From a virus (taxonomy: Duplodnaviria; Heunggongvirae; Uroviricota; Caudoviricetes), in the IMG/VR virus record IMGVR_UViG_3300032323_003295, positions 1 through 28,489 of that record: a DNA stretch of 28,489 nucleotides; one strand, 5' to 3'. A program made the translations under genes and the position numbers. The notes beneath the pieces are model-generated. The model made no database searches, was not told the DNA's origin, and saw only the letters and a program-made list of their open reading frames with translations. Numbering within the stretch: position 1 is the first letter of the stretch; every line of letters begins with the position of its first letter. This document shows positions 23,023 through 28,489 of the stretch, in pieces.

Positions 23023-25638
23023 ATGTCAACACCCTTGTATAAATCAGTAAAAACCAATGGAACTTCTTTTTATGCATTTCCAAGTGCAGCAGAAGATATT
23101 TCAGCAGCATATCAGAACTCTAACTATAAAATGTATTTCTCTAAATATGTTTTACTTAACTTACCTAAACAAAATTTGAATCCAGGTTCAGGAACTGCAT
23201 CAAAACCAGTTTACTTTGACTTTGATAATGCTTTTAAGAAATCTGTCACTGCTGGATTACCAACAGACTTCAAAGACCAAATTATTGAGTCTTTAAGAAA
23301 CTATGTTGCAAATCAAGAAGTTGTAATAAGAGAATCAAGATTAAATAATACTAATTACTATTATGATAATAATGCACTTGAAACTACAACAGAAAAGATT
23401 TTTTACAAATGGGCTAAAAAATTAAATATTATTGACTTTGAACCAGCTATACCAGATGATGAGTATTTCAGTTCAATTGCAGAGTTTCAATCTGCTAATA
23501 TTAATGATCCTGAATACTTTCCTGAATATTTATGGAAAGAAAGAGAATTAACTGCTTGGGACATTAAAACATCAAATAATGATAATAACCAATTACAAAT
23601 TGAGTTTAATGGAACTACAAACTTTAGAGTTGGTGATATTGTTAATATTTATAATACTTCTTCTGGTATTAATGTAAAAGTTAATAACATTATAGCACCT
23701 GATGGAATATTAGGTCAATTAGTTACATTTAATACTGAATATACTGATCAATATAATGGTGGTGAAGCTAAATTAGTTTACAATAGATTAGTTCAATATA
23801 TTGGTGAAGTGAATGGTATATCTAATGTACAAGAAGCTAATCGTTCTTATACAGAAGTTTATGCTCATATCCCAGATCATACAGGTCAAACACCTGATAT
23901 TCTTTTTAGAACAATGTATGATATAAATTATAAACCAAACTTATCATTTCCTATTATACCATCTCAATATCAAGCAGAGATTATGGGTGCAGGTGAGAAT
24001 CAAGGATTCAGTTCTCCAATTGTTAATTCACCATTAAATTATCCAGGTTCTTACTTAGGACAATTTGATACATTAGATTGGACTTATGAAACTGCTGGTG
24101 GAGATTCAATAAGAAGAAGTGGTGCTTACTATGGTGTTTTTGGTGATACAAATACACCAGTTGTAAATGGTAATACTATTGATGGTATTACAATGGATTT
24201 CAACTCTGCACATTATGTTAAAATGAATATTTTAGGAAGAAACTTAACTAACTTTGACCAGTTTAATGCACTTTCAGTTAATAACTTACCCCCATCTGAT
24301 TTTGAATTTAATGCTATTTTATGGTATTACACTATAGAGGATTCTAATGGTAATCAAAAATCAAATTTATATGGTATTTCTTTCTTAGATAATCCAGATA
24401 ATAATGTTATTCCTGAAGAAACAGGATTAAGATTCCCAAGTTATAAAAAGTTTGTAACTAATGGTAATCAAGATGGTACATCATTTGCTTTTAGTTTAAA
24501 TTTAAACTTTAATATAATTAATGAAAATCCAGTTGATACTTATAACCCTGAGGCAATCAATTCAATGTTTAGTATGAACCTATTCAATCAATCAATGAGT
24601 AGATTATCCTCAACTAATGATAGTTTCTTAAACCTAATTGCTGAACAAGGAACTATAAGAGATGAATTAAATGCAGTAAAAGGATTGGTATATACACAAA
24701 CAGATTTAGCAACAATAAATTCAAAAATTCAAAATCTTGAAAACTTATTAAGATTATATTCAACAAATCAAATTGTATCTACTGATACTGTTGAGGTTAG
24801 TACTGTAACTGGGACACCACCAACAATTAGATTAAGTGCAGTTAATACATCTTATGAAAGAGTTTATGTTTATAATGCAACTGATATGTATAATACACAA
24901 GGTGTTATACCTGCCAATTTAGCAGTACCAAATAATAGAGATTTTTTAGTTAATTTTACTAATAATGATGAGGTTCAACTTTCATTTACTGCAAGTAATT
25001 TAACATTTGTATTAGATAGGGATTTATATTATAGACAATCAGTTGATTTTATGATTGATGCTTCAGAGTTTTCTTCTCAAAATAAGAAGTTAGATATTTA
25101 TATGAGAAGTGATATTTCAGATACAAGTAATCAAAGTACAGAAGTTCTTATTGTTGGTGGAATAGATTTACCTGTTTATTACAATACTTCTTTACAAAAT
25201 CCTAACTCTGCTTATCTATGGAAAGATTTCAAATTTAATATTGATTTTACAAAACAAATAACTTTAGAACCTGGAAATAAACTTAAAGTTTATTTTGATA
25301 TGGATTCTAATATTGTATCAAATTCTATAAAAGTGGGAGAGGTATTAACACTAAATAACTTATTTGTTGGTACTGCATCAGTTTATGATTATTCTGGTCA
25401 ATATCCTGTTATTGCAAATAATTCCTTTGTTGAATTTGATATTTCATCAAATTTAAGTTTAGTAAATTATGCAACAAGTATAAATGTATATCCAATAGTA
25501 CTACATGGTAGTCAATCATCTTTATTATCTAATATACCTTACTTCTCTTTGAATAAAGGTAAGAAAATCAGACTAACAAGAGTTTCAAACTCAACAATTC
25601 TTAAAGAAAGATATTCAGTAAATGTCCTTGATTTATAA
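23023..25638 (+). CDS. 871-aa putative virion structural protein
   Basis: N/T/S/Y-rich beta-type composition with a central coiled-coil (TIRDELNAVK...INSKIQNLENLL). Located in the late structural cluster. Confidence 0.8.
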   Translation: MSTPLYKSVKTNGTSFYAFPSAAEDISAAYQNSNYKMYFSKYVLLNLPKQNLNPGSGTASKPVYFDFDNAFKKSVTAGLPTDFKDQIIESLRNYVANQEVVIRESRLNNTNYYYDNNALETTTEKIFYKWAKKLNIIDFEPAIPDDEYFSSIAEFQSANINDPEYFPEYLWKERELTAWDIKTSNNDNNQLQIEFNGTTNFRVGDIVNIYNTSSGINVKVNNIIAPDGILGQLVTFNTEYTDQYNGGEAKLVYNRLVQYIGEVNGISNVQEANRSYTEVYAHIPDHTGQTPDILFRTMYDINYKPNLSFPIIPSQYQAEIMGAGENQGFSSPIVNSPLNYPGSYLGQFDTLDWTYETAGGDSIRRSGAYYGVFGDTNTPVVNGNTIDGITMDFNSAHYVKMNILGRNLTNFDQFNALSVNNLPPSDFEFNAILWYYTIEDSNGNQKSNLYGISFLDNPDNNVIPEETGLRFPSYKKFVTNGNQDGTSFAFSLNLNFNIINENPVDTYNPEAINSMFSMNLFNQSMSRLSSTNDSFLNLIAEQGTIRDELNAVKGLVYTQTDLATINSKIQNLENLLRLYSTNQIVSTDTVEVSTVTGTPPTIRLSAVNTSYERVYVYNATDMYNTQGVIPANLAVPNNRDFLVNFTNNDEVQLSFTASNLTFVLDRDLYYRQSVDFMIDASEFSSQNKKLDIYMRSDISDTSNQSTEVLIVGGIDLPVYYNTSLQNPNSAYLWKDFKFNIDFTKQITLEPGNKLKVYFDMDSNIVSNSIKVGEVLTLNNLFVGTASVYDYSGQYPVIANNSFVEFDISSNLSLVNYATSINVYPIVLHGSQSSLLSNIPYFSLNKGKKIRLTRVSNSTILKERYSVNVLDL

Positions 25639-25656
25639 TAAATAGTTTTTAGATTT

Positions 25657-25666
25657 TAATATATAC
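25657..25666 (+). promoter_or_regulatory. Putative late promoter motif TAATATATAC
   Basis: 20 nt before ATG 25687. Confidence 0.55.
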
Positions 25667-25686
25667 ATTAAAATTAATAATTAATT

Positions 25687-26817
25687 ATGGCATGTGGAAC
25701 AATATTTGGTAGTGGAGCACAATATATTAAAGTAAATGGTGGTGATTTTGTTGCCATAGATGGTGCTAATATAGTAGATAGACTTACTGTATCAGATTTA
25801 AGAATGCCCTACAAACAACTTCTTAAAAGTAGAATTTTACTTAAAGCAGGTCAAACAAACTACTTATTAAACCACTTAGGTTTAGGAGATAATGCAACTT
25901 TCTTAGCAATTAAGGCAATGTATAATAGTGCTTCTGTTATAGAAGAGGATAATTATATTACTTGGAGTTTTTATGATGATTTAACAAAAACTTATCCAAT
26001 GGCACAAATGATGTGTTTAACCGGTAATTCTACAAATAGAATTAAACAATTATACTTAACTAATCCAAATACAAAATATGCAGTTACTTTAGAAGTAATG
26101 GTTGGTGTTATTGATGATAGTTATACTTTCTTTAATGATTCAATTAATCAATCAAGTACTTCATTTACCAATTTAGAATGGACTGATATTAAAACACATA
26201 TACAAGGAGAATCTATTAAAATAATGGATAAAGGAACACCTTCAAGACCATTAATTTATATGGAAATTTCTAATTTTGAAACAATTGAAAAAACAGGATC
26301 AATATTAATTATTGATGATGCAAGTTATGGAACAATATTTTTACAATTTTTAACAGAGTATGATGCTTATCAAGCACACTCATTACTAAACTTTATTATT
26401 GAGAATCCAGAATCCAATATTACTGATGGTTACCCAGCAGATAATCAGGATCCTGTATTAACTTTCTATAGTCAAGTTGGTGGAAATGGTGATTATATTG
26501 CATTTAATGGTGCAACTGCAGGAGTTCCTTACTCTACTGCAGATGGATTAACATTCTCTACATCAATAAACTTAGTTACTTATGGTACTGCAAGTGTTTT
26601 GGATAAACCACAATTAATTTATTTATTAGTTGATAACATTGTTGATAACAGAGAAGGAACTATGTCAATGCAACCTTCTAACTTAATTATTCATGACACA
26701 ACTGCAACAGAATTATCATTAATTACAACACCTGGTACATATTCTGTAACATTTAACTTCTCTGATATAGCACATAACTTATTGGATGGAGTTAATGTTG
26801 AAATTATAGTTGAATAA
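25687..26817 (+). CDS. 376-aa putative virion structural protein
   Basis: Long ORF in the structural cluster. Shares a module with the next gene. Confidence 0.8.
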   Translation: MACGTIFGSGAQYIKVNGGDFVAIDGANIVDRLTVSDLRMPYKQLLKSRILLKAGQTNYLLNHLGLGDNATFLAIKAMYNSASVIEEDNYITWSFYDDLTKTYPMAQMMCLTGNSTNRIKQLYLTNPNTKYAVTLEVMVGVIDDSYTFFNDSINQSSTSFTNLEWTDIKTHIQGESIKIMDKGTPSRPLIYMEISNFETIEKTGSILIIDDASYGTIFLQFLTEYDAYQAHSLLNFIIENPESNITDGYPADNQDPVLTFYSQVGGNGDYIAFNGATAGVPYSTADGLTFSTSINLVTYGTASVLDKPQLIYLLVDNIVDNREGTMSMQPSNLIIHDTTATELSLITTPGTYSVTFNFSDIAHNLLDGVNVEIIVE

Positions 26818-26831
26818 AAATAATATAAGTA

Positions 26832-28489
26832 ATGAGTTATAGTTATAATAAGTTTTTAAGACCAATTACATCATCTGATAAAAGTATAAAAATATTAGAT
26901 GATACTAATGATATTAAATATACTATAGAACCATTTGCTATACAAAATGTTTCTATAAGTAATAATATACTTAAAATTAATCTAAAATCTAAAAGAATAA
27001 TTTCATTACACTTTTCAACTATAAATGAAGCAAAGCTTGCATTGACAAGAATACGAATACAAATTGATACATTAATACAAAATACACCTTATTTAATTGA
27101 TAGAGATGTACAAAATTATGTTGAAACACTATTTAATAAGGTTTCAATTATTGTAGGTCCTACTGGTGCAACAGGTGCAGCAGATAAATATAGTGCAACA
27201 TCAAGTACACCATTTCAAATACCTATTGTTGGTGAAGTAATAAATTTACAAACTCAAACAAACTTAGCTTATACAGCTGCACAAAGTGTTATTATCTATA
27301 ATGATATACCAAATTTATATAATAATAATTATGAGGAAGGTGGTGACTATTTTATAAGTAGAATAGATACTTATGATAAGAATACAGGTAATATGGTAAT
27401 AGCAGTTGATTTTTCAACAGCCATTACCACTGGGGAGACATATAGTTTTTGGTATATCAATTTAAGTGGTGAAAAAGGACAAGCAGATAAATATTATACA
27501 ACATCAACTACTACTTTATCAGTTCCACAAATTGGAGAAGTTGTAGATTTAGAAATAGAAAAATATTTAGCTTATTCAAGTTCACAAAATGTTGTTGTTT
27601 ATAGTGACTTACCTAATTTATATGATAATGATTATCAAATAGAGGGTGGTTACTTTTCTGGTCAAGTAGATTATTATGACTTTTCAACTGGTCTTATTTC
27701 AATAGTTGTTGATGATTTTATAGGTGATGGTACTTATAGTACTTGGTATATGAATTTAAGTGGTGCACCAGGAGTTAGTGCAACTAGTTCTACATTAGAT
27801 TTAACTAATTTAACAACAGATATTATACCTGCAGTTGATAGTTTATATAATTTAGGAACAAGTGCATCACAATGGAAAAGTTTACATGTTTCTGGACAGA
27901 CAATTTATATTGGTGGTGTTCCTATATCTACTGATGGTGATTCATTAGTTGTTAGTAGTATTAATTTAGGTACAACTGCATCTCCTTTAATTTTATCTGC
28001 AAATAATGATAGTCTATTAGTAAATGGTACAGGTTCTATGGGTGCAACCGGTGCTCAAGGTCTTCAAGGTCCAACAGGATCAACTGGTCCTACTGGGTCA
28101 GTTGGTGCAACTGGTCCTCAAGGTCCAACTGGACCTCAAGGTGCAACAGGTTCATCTGTAACTCCTACATTTGCACAAGTAACACAAGCGGGTAACACAA
28201 CCACACAATCTTTTTACCAAAGTATTACTTTTAGTACAGGTGATGGAGGAAGTTTTGCAATCAATACTGGTGTTTTTGGTTCTTATTCAAATGAAAGTAC
28301 TCTTATGAATGGAATACAATATCTTCAAAATGAAGTTCCTATAGTTAGTTTAGGTTTTGCAGTTACTGATCTTCCAGTTATAAGATTTTCTGCAAATATA
28401 CCTGAATTTTTAGGACCTGGTTCAGATTTACGAAAAGAGTTATCTTTTCTTTTACCCTTTGGAAAAGAAAACCCTTCTTACCCTGATCC
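26832..28489 (+). CDS. Collagen-repeat tail fibre/adhesin-like protein, 3'-truncated (>552 aa), absent from the ORF track
   Basis: Read by hand: ATG 26832 (MSYSYNKFLRP...) with no in-frame stop to the window end. Contains two ~100-aa tandem modules and 14 Gly-X-Y triplets. Confidence 0.88.
   Translation, partial: MSYSYNKFLRPITSSDKSIKILDDTNDIKYTIEPFAIQNVSISNNILKINLKSKRIISLHFSTINEAKLALTRIRIQIDTLIQNTPYLIDRDVQNYVETLFNKVSIIVGPTGATGAADKYSATSSTPFQIPIVGEVINLQTQTNLAYTAAQSVIIYNDIPNLYNNNYEEGGDYFISRIDTYDKNTGNMVIAVDFSTAITTGETYSFWYINLSGEKGQADKYYTTSTTTLSVPQIGEVVDLEIEKYLAYSSSQNVVVYSDLPNLYDNDYQIEGGYFSGQVDYYDFSTGLISIVVDDFIGDGTYSTWYMNLSGAPGVSATSSTLDLTNLTTDIIPAVDSLYNLGTSASQWKSLHVSGQTIYIGGVPISTDGDSLVVSSINLGTTASPLILSANNDSLLVNGTGSMGATGAQGLQGPTGSTGPTGSVGATGPQGPTGPQGATGSSVTPTFAQVTQAGNTTTQSFYQSITFSTGDGGSFAINTGVFGSYSNESTLMNGIQYLQNEVPIVSLGFAVTDLPVIRFSANIPEFLGPGSDLRKELSFLLPFGKENPSYPD
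27180..27773 (+). repeat. Two tandem ~100-aa modules (303-nt period)
   Basis: Both copies read ADKY..TS...P..GEV..L...LAY...Q.V..Y.D.PNLY.N.Y...GG...D.YD..TG...V D...TYS.WY.NLSG (27180 and 27483). Confidence 0.85.
28032..28157 (+). repeat. Collagen-like (Gly-X-Y)14
   Basis: GSM GAT GAQ GLQ GPT GST GPT GSV GAT GPQ GPT GPQ GAT GSS. Confidence 0.92.

Noticed and set aside
22998-23042. uORF MKNLYCIFYVNTLV* overlapping the 871-aa gene start
   Set aside because: Its ATG lies within the promoter motif, so it is probably upstream of the transcription start.
1-28489. Stop-codon reassignment (TAG or TGA recoding seen in some large phages)
   Set aside because: Genes up to 5.7 kb are intact under the standard code, coding density is near complete, and both TAG and TGA end genes at sensible positions.

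Overview
AT-rich, gene-dense segment of a large (jumbo/T4-like, probably myovirus) dsDNA phage genome, standard genetic code. The host is most likely a Bacteroidota bacterium: there are three complete TTTG-N20-TAnnTTTG promoters, A-rich starts without Shine-Dalgarno sequences, an Hc1-like nucleoid protein and a DLPF-ending peptide. Bases 1-16.5 kb alternate two kinds of block. Plus-strand 'early' operons under host-type promoters encode a metallophosphoesterase, SLOG protein, Nudix hydrolase, macrodomain-like protein, nucleotidyltransferase, HD hydrolase, minimal ligase and M28 peptidase. Mostly minus-strand genes under a recurring (T/C/G)(A/T)ATATATA motif, a putative late promoter, encode RecA/UvsX, PhoH and proteins with a T4-like capsid-targeting N-terminus. 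Bases 16.5-28.5 kb are a virion structural cluster: 1917-aa, 871-aa and 376-aa proteins plus a collagen-type fibre gene that runs off the right end. Most notable observations: (1) a self-contained transcription unit (12964-14098) whose RNA has a 60-nt three-way junction leader and a 12-bp 5'-to-3' closing helix; (2) two mutually exclusive peptide tags, an N-terminal capsid-targeting-like motif on seven late proteins and an R-D/E-x-K-L-x-x-L-G-I motif on early proteins; (3) a capsid cargo whose predicted mature N-terminus is the beta-clamp motif QLSLF; (4) a 50-aa SSB-tail mimic; (5) a possible RNA-repair trio. No tRNA, rRNA, CRISPR array or transposase was found. Family calls are from motif recognition by eye; no database search was run.
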